From positions 656,941-720,940 of the forward strand of contig MU053792.1 of NCBI GenBank assembly GCA_013239625.1: 64,000 nt of DNA. Direction: 5' to 3'. This DNA is from Lama guanicoe. Taxonomy: Eukaryota. Under the pieces are notes generated by a model that worked only from the letters and a program-made list of their open reading frames with translations, was not told where the DNA came from and did not search any database. This document shows, piece after piece, positions 13,679-25,430 of the stretch (within the stretch, counting starts at the first letter, position 1; every line of letters starts with the position of its first letter). The translations under genes were made by a program, and so were the position numbers.

Positions 13679-16600
13679 CTGCTCATTGACAATGCACCTG
13701 GTCACCCAAAAGCTCTGATGGAGAAGTATAGTGAGATTCGTACTATTTTCACGCCTTCTAACATAGCATCCATTCTGCAGCCCATAGATCAAGGAGTAAT
13801 TTTGACTTTCAAGTCTTATTATTTAAGAAAGACAGTTCATAAGGCTGTAGCTATGATTGACAGTTATTCCTCTGAACGATTTGGGTAAAGTAAATTGAAA
13901 CCCTTTAGGAAAGGATTCACCAGTCTAGATGCCATTAAGAACATTCATGATTCCTGAGAAGAGGTCAAAATATTACATGAACAGGAATTTGGAAGAAGTT
14001 GATTCCACCTCTCATGGATGACTTTGAGAGGTTCAAGTCTTCAGTAGAGGAAGTAACTATGTAGGTGGTGGAAATTGCAAGAGAACAAGAATTATAAGTG
14101 GAGCCTGAAGATGTGATAGAATGAATCGTTGCAAGTCTCATGATAAAACTTTAAAAGATGAGGAGTTGCTTTTTATGGACGAGCAAAGAAAGTGGTTCTT
14201 GAGATGGAGTCTACTTCTGGTGAAGATGCTATGAAGACTGTTGAAATGGCAACAAAGGCTTTAGAATATGACATAAACTTAGTGGATGAAATAGTAAGAG
14301 GGCTTCAGAGAATTGACTCCAATTTTGAAAGAAGTTCTATTGTTGGTAAAATGCTAATAAACAGCATTGTCTTCTACAGAGAAACTGTTGGTGAAAGGAA
14401 TAGTTAATTGATAAGGCAAAGTTCAGTGTTGTTTTATTTTTAAGAAAGTACAACAGCCACCCCAACTTTCAGCAGCCACCACCCTATTAGCAGCCACCAA
14501 CACCAAGGCAAGACCTTCCACCAACAAAAAGATTACGACTCACTGGAGGCTCAGATGATGGCTAGCACTTCTTAGCAATAAAGCATTTTTAATCAAGAGA
14601 TGTACATTTTTCAGACATAATGCTGTTGCACACTTAATAGGCTACAGTATAGTGTAAAGGTAACTCTATCTGCACTTGGAAACCAAAAATTTTGTGTGAC
14701 TTGCTTTGTTGCGATATTTGCTTCATGGCAGGGATCTCAAATGGAATCAGTGGTATATCCAAGGTCTGCCTGTATACCCAGAAGTGGAACTGGTGAGTCA
14801 CATGGTAGTTCTGTTTTTAATTTCTTGAGGAACATTCCTGCTGCTTCCCATAGTGGCTGAACAAGTTACATTCCCTGTGATAGGGAACCCCTTCACATCC
14901 TTGCCAGCGCTTGTTATCACTTGTCTACCTGATGACAGCCATTTGAACAGGTGTCGCTTTAATTTGTATTTCCCTGATGATTAGTGACGTTTAACATCTT
15001 CCCATGTAACTGTTGGCTGTTGGGATGTTTCTTTTTGGGAAAAAAAAAGTCTATTTATTTCCTCTGCTTATTTTTTAAACGTATTTTTTGTTTTTTTAAT
15101 TACTGAGTTACATGAATTCTTTGTATATTTTGGATATTAACCCCGTACCCAATATGATTTGCAAATATATTCTCCCATTCTGTAGGTTGTCTTTTCATTT
15201 TGTTGATTGTTTCTTTTGCTGTGCAGAAGCTTTTTAGTTTGATGTAGTCCCACTTGATTTTTATTTTTGTGTTTTCTGTGTTTTATCTAAAAAAAAAATC
15301 ATTGCCAAGATTAACATCAAGGAGTTGTTTTCTTCTGGAAGTTTTACAGTATCAGCTCTTATGTTTAAGTCTTCGATCCACTTTGAGTAAATTTTTCAGA
15401 GTGGTGTAAAATAGGGGTACAATTTCATTTCTCTTCATGTGGTTATCAAGTTTTTACAGCACCATTTGTTGGAGAGACTATTCTCTCCCCCATTGAATGT
15501 TCTTGGCTCCTTCATCAAATATTGGTTGACTATAAATGTGGGAGTTTATTTCTGCACTCTTGATTCTGTTCCATTGGTCTATGTGTCTATATTTATGGCA
15601 GTACCATTCTCTTTTAATTAATTACTATAGCTGTATAGTATTGCATGAAATCAGAAAAGGTGATGTCTTGAGCTTTGTTCTCCCTTTTCATGGTTGCTTT
15701 GGCTATTTGGAGTCTTTTGTGAATACATACAAGTTTTAGGATAGTTCTTTTTCTATTTCTGTGAAAAATACCACTGGAATTTAGATAGAGGTTGCATTGA
15801 ATCTATGGATGGCTTTAGGTAGTATGGATATTTTAACAATATTAATTCTCTGATCCATAAACACAGCCATCTTTCCATTTATTTGTGTCTTCTTCAGTTT
15901 CTTTCATCAAAGTCTTGTGGTTTTCATTCATTCACAAAGCCTTACCTTCCTTGGTTAAATTCATCCTGAAGTATTTTATTGTTTTTTTGATGCTACTATG
16001 AATGTGATAGTTCTCTTTATTTACTTTCTAGCTGTCTTATTGTATATGTATAGTTGTTAGTGTTAGTGTTTAATTGTCAGGGCAACTAATTTCTGTATGT
16101 TGATTTTATACATGATACTGATACATTTATACATTGATGCTGATAGCCTAACCGAAATTCCTTTGTGGATTACAATCTTAATCCCCGGAAGCTTTTAGAA
16201 TCCTCTCTTTGTCTTTGATTTCGGACAGTTTCATTACAATGTGTCTTGGAGAAGGTCTTTTTGCATTGAGATAATAGGGTTATCTATCAGGTTCATGAAC
16301 TTGGATGTCCAATTGTCTCGCAGGTTTGAAAAGTTCTCAGCTATTATTTCTTTAAATAAACGTTCTCTCCCGTTTCCTGCCTTCTTCTTCTGGACCATGA
16401 TTATTCTATTTGTTTTTTGTTTTTTTGTTTTTTTAATGGAATCCCATAGATCACATAGCTTTTCTTTGTTTTTTTCATTGTTTTTTTCTTTGTTCTCTGC
16501 AAAATGGGTTATTTCAAAATCTGTGTCCTCTAACTCATTTATTATGTCTTCCATTTGCTCTCCTGTAATGTAGATGCTCTCTTTTGCATTTTTATTTCAT

Positions 16601-17949
16601 TCGTTGAATTTTTTTCAGCTCCAGAATGTCTATTTAGTTCTTTTATATGACAGATATAGATCTTATTTTGATCATCTTTTTTTTTTCATGATTTCATGTC
16701 TTTTGAGTTTTCTTGTGGCTTGTTGTGTCTTTAAAGACAGTTATTTCAAGTTCTTTATCAATTAGGTCGTGAAGGTCCATGACTTTGACCTCAGTTATTG
16801 GAGAAATGGTTTTGTCTTTTGATGATAGCATGTTTCCTTCATTTCACATTGCTACTTTCGCATTTGATGTAGCAGATCCTTAAACCTCTGCTAGTTGCCT
16901 TAAGATGGTTTATTCTGTTCATTGGTGCTATACCTTTTCCAATAAGACAAAAAAAAAATCTGGGGTTTGCTCTGCCTTTGTATAGGTACATTCCACTCAT
17001 CTTGCTCCCTCTTGCAGCAGAATCCTTAAGCTTTTATGTCTTCCCTGGTTCTTACAACTCACCAGGCTGCTACTGGAAACCTCTCTTTTGTTTTTCAGAA
17101 GGTAGCACTATAGTCCAAGTTTGTGGATTCCCCCTTGTCCACAGACCTTGGCCTGTTTTCTGAGTGTACCTCCTGTCTCCTGGAGCTCCCTCTTCCCTCT
17201 ACACTTGCGAACATATACAAGGAGCTGTCTCAGTGTGGCAGGAAGTGTGTGTTTAGCACTTGGTGCATTGAGGGCGCCTGCAGAGTGACGTAGTAGGGAG
17301 ATCCTCAGGTGAGGTACTCCCAGAAGCCTGCTGAAGTAGCCCCTTTAATGTACTTCGATGCTGTTATCTGCCTCTTTCTTGATCTCCTTCTTCCTCCCAG
17401 TCATGGAGGTCCTGCCTCAGTACTCTAGATGCTGCTGGACAGAAATGGGTTTCCTGCTCTCCTTTTTCCTTGCAAGAAAGGTGGCCACTGCCTGACAGTT
17501 CAGTTCCATGCAGTATTGTGTGGGGTGGGGGGGGTTGGGAGTGGGGACAACACTGGTAAAGCTTTTCTTATCTCCACTGAATTCTAACTCACAGTGTTTT
17601 CCTCCAATGGTGTCCTAGAATCTCCCCTCAAGAGACTAGATGTCTGCAGTTTCTCTCTCACTTGTGGGCATTTTCCCAGGTCAGCACTCTGCAGGTTTTC
17701 TCCTGACTCTGGCAACAGAGTTGGAGGCAGGCTTGCTGCTCTGTTAGTTCCACAGCCTGTATAGAGGTCAGTCTGCCTATTTTGGAAGCACAAGTGGGAA
17801 GGCTTCTCCTAGGTCCCTTGTCATGTGATGTTGGATCCCACAACTCCCAGAAAGGTGCTTTTGTTCAGGGATGGGTGTCTAATCTTTGTTCTAAAAAGGG
17901 ACAAAAAGGAGAAATGTTTTATGCCACAGTGATGTTAATGCCACTCTTA

Positions 17950-18125
17950 TAAATAGTATTTGATGTGTGCCAGGCATTGTTCTAAGCATTTTTCACATAT
18001 GAGCGCATTTAATCCTACAAAGCATGGGTAATATCCCTATTTAAAGGCAAGGGAGCTGAGGAGCAATGAGGATAAATTACTTACCCAGTGTCAGCTACCT
18101 AGAAAGTCACAACCAACCTAGGCAG
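17950..18125 (-). mobile_element. MIR fragment (probable host of the 10845-17946 L1)
   Basis: TGTGCCAGGCATTGTTCTAAGC...CATTTAATCC...GCTGAGG...ACTTACCCAG; the AT-rich start of the same MIR appears at ~10810-10844. Confidence 0.65.
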
Positions 18126-19039
18126 GGATGCTTTTTCACATCTAATCATGTACTTAAAAATAAAGACAATCAAACTACAAGTGTGAAGATGCAATAGAAC
18201 AGGGAGACTTAAGAATAAATAACCAATTAAAGGGCGACTCCTTATTGTTCTTTTGGAGAACAGTTTCATATTAAAACAAATGATTTATTCTACCTTGTAA
18301 TTTGTAATGCAATTACTTCTCATTTATTCCAAAGGAATAATTCAGAAATTAAATAATTAAAAAGTTTTATGCAAAGACATCACAACACATTTGCATGGGG
18401 AGCTGAGTATGGCAGGCCAGGGTATTTGCAGTAAATCATTAAAAAAAAAAGACATCTTAAACAATTAAACATTGAATTGTTGAATAGATTGGAGACATCA
18501 TTGGAATAAAATTTATATTGCCATTAAAATGATAGATTTCAAAAATATAAAGCAATACTTAAAGTTCAGGCACATTTAGACAAATTCAAATAAAAAAATG
18601 CTATTTCTCACCTACCAGCCAGGCAAAAATTTTAAAGTATGACAACACATCCTTATGGTGGGAAAACGGGGACTCATATATTGTCAGTGAGAATGCAAAC
18701 TGGCACAACACTTCTAGCGGAGAATTAAAGGATATGTAACAAAACTGTATATGTACTTATCTTTTGAACCAGCAACCCCACTTCTATGAATATACCTTGA
18801 AGACACACCTCCAACAATACATATGCACAAGGTTCTTCACTACAGTATTGTTTGAAGTGCAAACTATTGAAAGCAACCTAGATGCCCATACACAGAAGAG
18901 TGGTTGAATAAAGTATGGTACATCCAAACACTAGAGTACTAAGAAACTGTGAAAAAGAATGAAGAAGACTGCTATGAACTAATATGGAGTAATTTCCAAA
19001 CTATATTGTTAAGTTAAAAAAAACAAAAAGCATGGTGCA

Positions 19040-21536
19040 TGCAGATTGCCAGGCCTGGGCCAAGGGGATGGAAGCTGCTGCACAGACAGTACCAAGGTGC
19101 AGAGGGAGCAGTGGAGAGAGGGGACATGGGAGCTTTGCTGTGTGTGCCATGCCATTTGTCCCTTACTTCACCAGGTGCATGCCCCACCACCTCCTTAGGA
19201 AAATGCTTGGATAACCTGCAATCTTTCACCAGAAGAAGGCCAGTGTCCAGGACACTGGGTCCTTATCTGACTCGAGCTTATGCCAAAGATGTAAAATTTG
19301 GTGCAGATGTTCAAGCCTTGATGCTTCAAGATGTAGTAGGTCTTTTAGTTGATACTAGAGTCATTACTAGGGGGCTAAAGGGAAGAACAGTGATTGAAAA
19401 GTGTCAAAATAACAAAAATGGTGTGACTATTGCAAAGTCAATTGACTTACAGGATAAATATAAAAATATTGGAGCTATACGTGTTAACAAATATTACCAA
19501 TAACACAAATGAAAAGGCTGTAGACCTGCCACCACGGCTGCCATCCTGGTGTGCTCTACTACCAAAGATGGCTTAGAGAAGATTAGCAAAGGTGCTAATC
19601 CAGGGGAAATGGGGGGTAGGGTCATGTTAGCAGTAGGTGCTATAATTGCTGAACTCAGGAAGTCATCTAAACCTGCATCAACGCCTGAAGAAATTGCTGT
19701 TTCTGCAAAGAAATTGGCAGTATCATTTCCAATGCAATGAAAAAAGATTGGAGTAAAGGGTGTAAAAATATTAAAGAATGGAAAAACACTGAATGATGAA
19801 TTAGAAAGTATTCAATTATTAAGTTGAAGTGTGATTAAGTGTATATTTCTTCGTACTTTGTATACATCAAAAGGTCAGAAATGTGAGTTTCAGTATACCT
19901 GTATTCAACTGCGTGAAAAGAAAGTGTCTAGACCATTACGCTTGCCCTTGAAATTGTCAGTGCTCAGTGTAGCCCTTAATGATAACTGCTAAAGATGTTA
20001 ATGGAGAAGCTCTAAATGCACTCCTTTTTTTTAACTGCACATTTCAATGAGTTATTTTATCTTTTTTTTTAAAGATAAAATAGAGCAGTTTCAGGTTTAC
20101 AGCAGAATTGAGCTGAAAATAGAGTTCACACATAGCCCTCCCCACCCACAAGTATATACTTCTCCAACCACAACATCCCTCATCTGTGTGGCGTATTTGG
20201 TACAACTGATGAACCAACATGGGCACATTATTATCAACCGAAGTCCATAGTTCACATTAGGATTCACTCTTGATGTTGTACATTCTGTGGGTTTTGACAA
20301 ATGCATAATGACACATAGCCACCACTATAGAACCATACAGAATAATTTCATCGCCCTAAAAATCCCTTGTGCTCCATCTATTCATCCCTCTCTCCCTCCC
20401 TCTTCCCAAATGCCTGGAACCACAATCATTTTATTGTTTCTATAGCTGTGCCTTTTCCAGAATGTCATTTGGTTGGAACCATACACTCCTTTTGAATAGG
20501 CTAAAAGTTGGTCTTCAGAGTGTAGCAGTCAAAGCTCTAGGTCTTGGTGACAATAGGAAAATCTGCTTAAAGACATGGCTGTTGCTACTGGTGGTTCAGT
20601 GTTCAGAGAAGATAGTTTGACCCTAAATCTTGATGATGTTCAGCCTTATCACTTAGGAAAAGTTGGAGAGATCACTGAGACCACAGATGAAGCTCTGCTC
20701 TTAAAAGAAAAAGGTAACAGGTTCAAATTGAAAATCATATTCAAGAAATCAATGAGCAGTTAGATAACATAGTTAGAGAATGTGAAAAGGAAAAATCGGG
20801 TGGACTTCTGGCAAAACTTTCAGTAGAATAGCTGTGCTGAAGGTTGATGAGTCAAGTGATGGTTAAGTCAATGAGAAGAAGTCTACACATGCCCATTATA
20901 TTCCATGAGTTGCTGTTTAAGAAAGTGTTGTTCTGGGAGGGGGTTGTGTTCCGCTTCAGTGTATTTCATGCCTTAGACTCACTAATTCCAACTAATGAAG
21001 ATTTTTTTCAAAATTGATGTAGAAATTATTAAATGAACACTCAAAATTCTTGTACTGATCATTGCTAAGAATGTAGATGTTGAAAGATTATTGATAGTTG
21101 AGAAAATTAGCTAAGTTCCTCAGAAGATGGTTATGATGCTGTGCTTGGAGATTTTGTGAATATGGTGGAGAAAGGAAGTATTCATCCAACTCAGACTGTA
21201 AGAACTGCTTTATTGGAGGCTGAAGGAGAGAAGCATCCTGGAAATTGGTGGAATGGGTAGGATAGAGGTTAGTAGGTTCTAATTCATAGGATGGTGCTTC
21301 ACTATTACTAAGCTATATGACAGGCTGCTTGAGGCAATGTTTCTTACCAATAATTTCAGGGAAGTCAGTTGAAGAAAACGACCAAAGAAAAGGCCAAGTG
21401 ATACTTAAGAAATTCACTATAATCATCAATTACTAGTTTCAGTTGACAATACATAATGATTTATCCCTGTCATTGTCCATGCTTATAGATAATTTATTTT
21501 GTATTTGTAAATAAAAAATCATTTGTACAATCATGA
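19040..21536 (+). pseudogene. HSPD1 (pseudogene): processed pseudogene of mitochondrial chaperonin HSP60, full length, intronless, many stops and frameshifts
   Basis: ATG 19203 with stop at codon 4 (TAA 19212-14). Peptides [79 protein letters not shown]...[16 protein letters not shown]. Terminal TAA 21280-82. HSPD1-like 3' UTR with AATAAA at 21510-15. No introns. Confidence 0.96.
20029..20480 (-). mobile_element. L1MC1-like 3' end inserted in the HSPD1 pseudogene
   Basis: L1MC1-type UTR (AAGTCCATAGTTCACATTAGGATTCACTCTTGATGTTGTACATTCT); 13-bp TSD ATGCACTCCTTTT (20016-28) / ATACACTCCTTTT (20481-93). Confidence 0.88.
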
Positions 21537-22393
21537 AAAGTACATGTGAAAGAGAATCTATAGTGTGCTATCCTTTATGTTAGAAAAAATGGAGAATGAA
21601 GAAAAGATTTATCCACTAATCTCTTCAAAAGAGAATCAGAAAGATAAGACAGAAACTGATAAGGCTGGTTACCAGTAAAAGGTGGGTAGGAATGGAAATG
21701 AAAGAATGTGAAAGGAATGATACTTCTCTAAGTAATACTTTTCTATGTAGCACTGCCTTTTAAGATGTACCCCAAAATATAAATAAATAATACAGCCAGG
21801 ATGTATGGGGAGCCCAAAATGGAATTAAAAATTAACAATAATACAAAAACACAGAAGTATGTTACAAATAAATGACATAATCATACTTGAAGAGGGAGAG
21901 AGAAAAAACGAATTAGCTTTAATTTGGGGAAACAATATTTTGATTGTGTACAATACACGAATATATACTACACACGAGTATTGTACTGTAGTTCATCAAT
22001 TTGTTTTTTATGAATGTGTTGACTAGAGATTCTGAAATACTTTACTTGTATACTAGAATTGAGCAAATAATAAATATGTGTGAATATAAGAGCCAGCTTG
22101 CAGATAAGGAAAGGAGAAAGGCAGAATGAGCCCTCTGATGTTGAATTAAAATCAGAGGTGTGAACTCATGATTTTTAATATATACAGAGTTTTATAGAGA
22201 GAGATAAGTACAAATATGTATGTGTGTGTGAGTGTCTGTATACATGTGTGTCTATGCATTTCCTAGCTCTGTCCACTGAGAGGGCCTAGAAGTAAGAACC
22301 TCCCAGTAGCAATGAACACATCTGGCACCCAAATCTTAATTTCTGAATACCAATCTACAAGAAAGAAGGCAAAGCTTTACAGAAAAATGGCTT

Positions 22394-22519
22394 GGGGAAG
22401 GGTATAGCTCAGTGGTAGAGTGCATGCTTAGCATGAACAAGGACCTGGGTTCAATCTCCAGTGCCTCCATTAAAAAATAAATAAACCTAGTTACCTCCCC
22501 CACCAAAAAAAAATTAAAA
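22394..22519 (+). mobile_element. tRNA-Ala-derived SINE (camelid vic-1 type)
   Basis: GGGTATAGCTCAGTGGTAGAGTGCATGCTTAGCATG...GGGTTCAATC; 15-bp TSD ACAGAAA(A/G)ATGGCTT at 22379-93 and 22520-34. Confidence 0.92.
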
Positions 22520-25224
22520 ACAGAAAGATGGCTTATTGCAGGATGAAGAAATTTTAATATGAGATAGGATCATCTTGTGGTGTCCAGAATTAGGGGAGTG
22601 TTTATAAAATGTTTGGGAGAGGCATGTGGAAAAAATTCAGGAACCAACTTGAAGAAGCTACCTACCACAGGCCAAGTAAAAAAATAATAATAATAGTGGT
22701 CATAATGCATGATAATCATAGGATAAAATAAATATCCATGAATCCCAAATGATATTAAGTGAATAAATGAATAAATAGTTAAATGCGCGGGAAGAGACAG
22801 CTTTCCCTTACAGTACCATTTCAATGAATAATGTAGAAGGAAGAACAGAAGCAAAAAATCACCATGAGGCAAACAGCACAATAATGATTATTGCAGAAAA
22901 GAATTATTGATGGAAGCTAGAATTAATGGGTGAAATTATGATGAGAAACAGGATGTTAACAGTCTCAAGGTATTTCTTCACAAAAAAAATACTTCTTAAC
23001 TGTTAAAGAAAAGCTTGTAACTTGACTGTGGAGACACTTGGAAAACACTATCTTAACCAAGTAATTGAACGTCACTGGAGATAAGATATAGTAACATGGT
23101 GACATTCCACACTGAGAAGGGCACAGCATCACTTCTGTGGTATTTCTGCCACATGTGAAAATATCAGATGCCCAAATTAGGAACTATTCTAAAAGAGAAA
23201 GATGGATGGACGTGAGGGTAGGGAGAGGGGAGAGAAAGGGAAAGAGAGATCGGAGGAACATAGAGAAGGAGGAATGAGAGGGAGGAAAACAAGGATAACT
23301 AATGATGGTGGTTTGGGTTAAGATGTGAAGACTGGAGACAGAGAGAAGGGGATGTTGAAGGCAGGATGTGAAGTAGTGTGTTATAGAGAGAGCAGAAGAA
23401 GGTTTAAAGAAGCCAGATTTGTGTATGGGCTGCACAATTGGTGGATAATCCTGCCATTTATTAACTAAGGTACATGGGAGAAGATGAAGTCTTAGTGGGA
23501 ATTATCCACCAACTGGGAGAGACTGTCAGTTTGTTAACAGTGGTGGAAAATCCATATGGATGGTGTCTATTTCATCGTATTTATCAAACTGAATCCATTG
23601 GGAAGCTAGTTTTTGACTGACAAATTTCACATTGGCAGGCCAGCTTACCTTGAAACACTTGTCTTCATAAGACCTGGGCCACTGTTCACGCTGGTTTATT
23701 CTTTGTACTAAAAAATAAGAACTTTTTTCTACTTCATTGCCTTATTCTTTTTAACTTTAGTGATCTGTAAAAAGTAGTCATGGCCTCAGTTATGTCATGG
23801 AAGGCCTCTAAAATGAGTTGTGGTTTCATGGTATCGTGGAAAAATCCTTGACCCCTTGTCCAGCACCTCAGAAAATTTTCTATGTGAAACATTGTAAAAG
23901 GGATGTGATATAAGGTGAAAATTCTCCAAGAGGAACATTTTGAAATTTTGAAAAAAAATTACAAATGACTAAATCACAATTAATTATAAATGATTAGATT
24001 ATATGATTTAAATCAAAAAGTATTTCATTAGTTTGTGAGAAATCTTTCATAGTCACAGTTTTTACCCCTTTTTTTATAATACAAATGGACACAGTCATGG
24101 CAAAGATACACCATTTCAAAAGATAAAACAGGAATAGAGTTTTATTACAGTTCCAATGTTTCTTGCTAAAGTCTGACTCTTCAACGTTTTGGTCCGTGAA
24201 ATAGTGAGCTAAATTACGAAGAGGTCCATCTCCATCTTATTTAGCAAAGTTTGCATTTAATTATAATGTATGGATAATTAAAATTAAACTTATTCTCTTT
24301 AATTAGATTACTTTTTATTTTAGGCACATATGAAATATTCATGGGTACTTCTGCTATACTACACTGAAGTGTTTGGAGAAAGCATCGCACTTGGACCAGC
24401 TAAACCTGGTTACGTCGACTATGGGACAAACATGTCTCATTTCCTTATTGCACAGAATGGAGTAAAGGACTCACTTCACAGTATTCATGGAGAATTAATT
24501 GAAATGGTTGCAATACTGAGTACTATACCCAGTATATGTAGATTTGTTTTAAAAAGCAAATTAATTGATGAAATGTAGCTGATAGTAAACACAAGAATGG
24601 GTTGTATGTACTTCCACTTTGCCATTATTTTTAAGGAAACAAAAACTAATCAGTACTGAGATCTCAGAATTATTTGTAATACATGATTTTTCTTGGCCAT
24701 GCTATTAAGCAAACACAAATTAATCTATTTATTTGAAGATTATAACTATCAATATAGTGAGTAATTACTAAAGCAGAAGGATTATTATAAATGTATACAC
24801 GATAAATCACCTGTGTAACTCAAATGTGTTTACTTAACTTGGTTCAAAGCTACATTCCAAAAACAAAATTATGAAGAGAAGAAAAATCATTCCTTCATGT
24901 GTTACGGCATACTTGTGTTTTGGGTTTACAAACTTTTGCTCATTATATAGAACTTAATTTTCATGGATTCCATCTACATCCTCCCTTTGGGGAAATAACG
25001 TGCAAATGGACAAAGTAACAGCCACTCTTTGAAAGTAAAACACTCGTCTTTAACTCGGACCACCATTTCTATGAGAGGGTTTTTAAGACGAAATTACAGG
25101 GATGGTGATATAAGGAAGAGAGATTATTCCACGAAATAAATGTTGATTATTTTCCATGTCCCAGACATTAAAGGGAATTTTGTTGCAATAACCTCTTTAA
25201 GATGTGGCATCTGAACTTAAGGGT

Positions 25225-25430
25225 TTGGAACCAGATAGGCGTTGAGGCTCAGTTCTACTCTAGCTCAGCAATATACCAAAGCTGTAATGTTGGACAAGTT
25301 AAAACCTCTCTAAACTGCTGTGTCACTCTCTTAAAATGGGGGTCCCACAACACTTATTTTGAAAAGTTCTGGGAATTAAATGTAAAAAGTTGTGAGAATA
25401 GTTGGCAGGAAATAAGTGTCAATGTTTCTT
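25225..25430 (+). mobile_element. MIR fragment
   Basis: TTGGACAAGTTAAAACCTCTCT...TAAAATGGG...GAATTAAATG resembles the MIR core. Confidence 0.55.

Larger units (their letters stand above)
11548..14772 (+). mobile_element. full-length Tigger1 DNA transposon (pogo-family transposase, disrupted)
   Basis: Termini CAAACATACCTC / AAGGTCTGCCTG with TA duplications at 11546-47 and 14773-74. Transposase ATG at 12014. Peptides [28 protein letters not shown]...[32 protein letters not shown]. About 2.4 kb after removing the nested L1; frameshifts and stops present. Confidence 0.95.
10845..17946 (-). mobile_element. old L1 (L1MA9-like 3' end) with 5' UTR and ORF1 remnant, internally deleted, interrupted by Tigger1
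   Basis: 3' UTR/ORF2 end at 10845-11547 resumes exactly at 14773 (TACCCAGAAGTGG). ORF1-like peptide INELEDTDFEI...LCDLWDSIKK...LFKEIIAENFSNL at 16234-16554. GC-richer 5' UTR runs to ~17946. Confidence 0.85.
18560..23190 (+). mobile_element. ancient L1MC3/4-like 3' region, interrupted by the HSPD1 retrocopy and a SINE
   Basis: ORF2-end motifs at 18600-19020 continue into 3' UTR from ~21540 (TTCCTAGCTCTGTCCACTGAGAGGGCCTAGAAG at ~22260; CAGCATCACTTCTGTGGTATT at ~23124). Confidence 0.7.

Noticed and set aside
12014..14160. Domesticated Tigger transposase gene (TIGD1-like)
   Set aside because: Frameshifts, in-frame stops and an L1 inserted in the catalytic region.
19039..19503. 154-aa ORF as a functional N-terminally extended HSP60 retrogene
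   Set aside because: The true ATG is followed by a stop at codon 4; the ORF is a frameshift product with deletions and ends early.
24330..24578. 82-aa ORF with a hydrophobic, signal-like start
   Set aside because: No recognisable homology or exon structure; overlaps degenerate MIR-like sequence.
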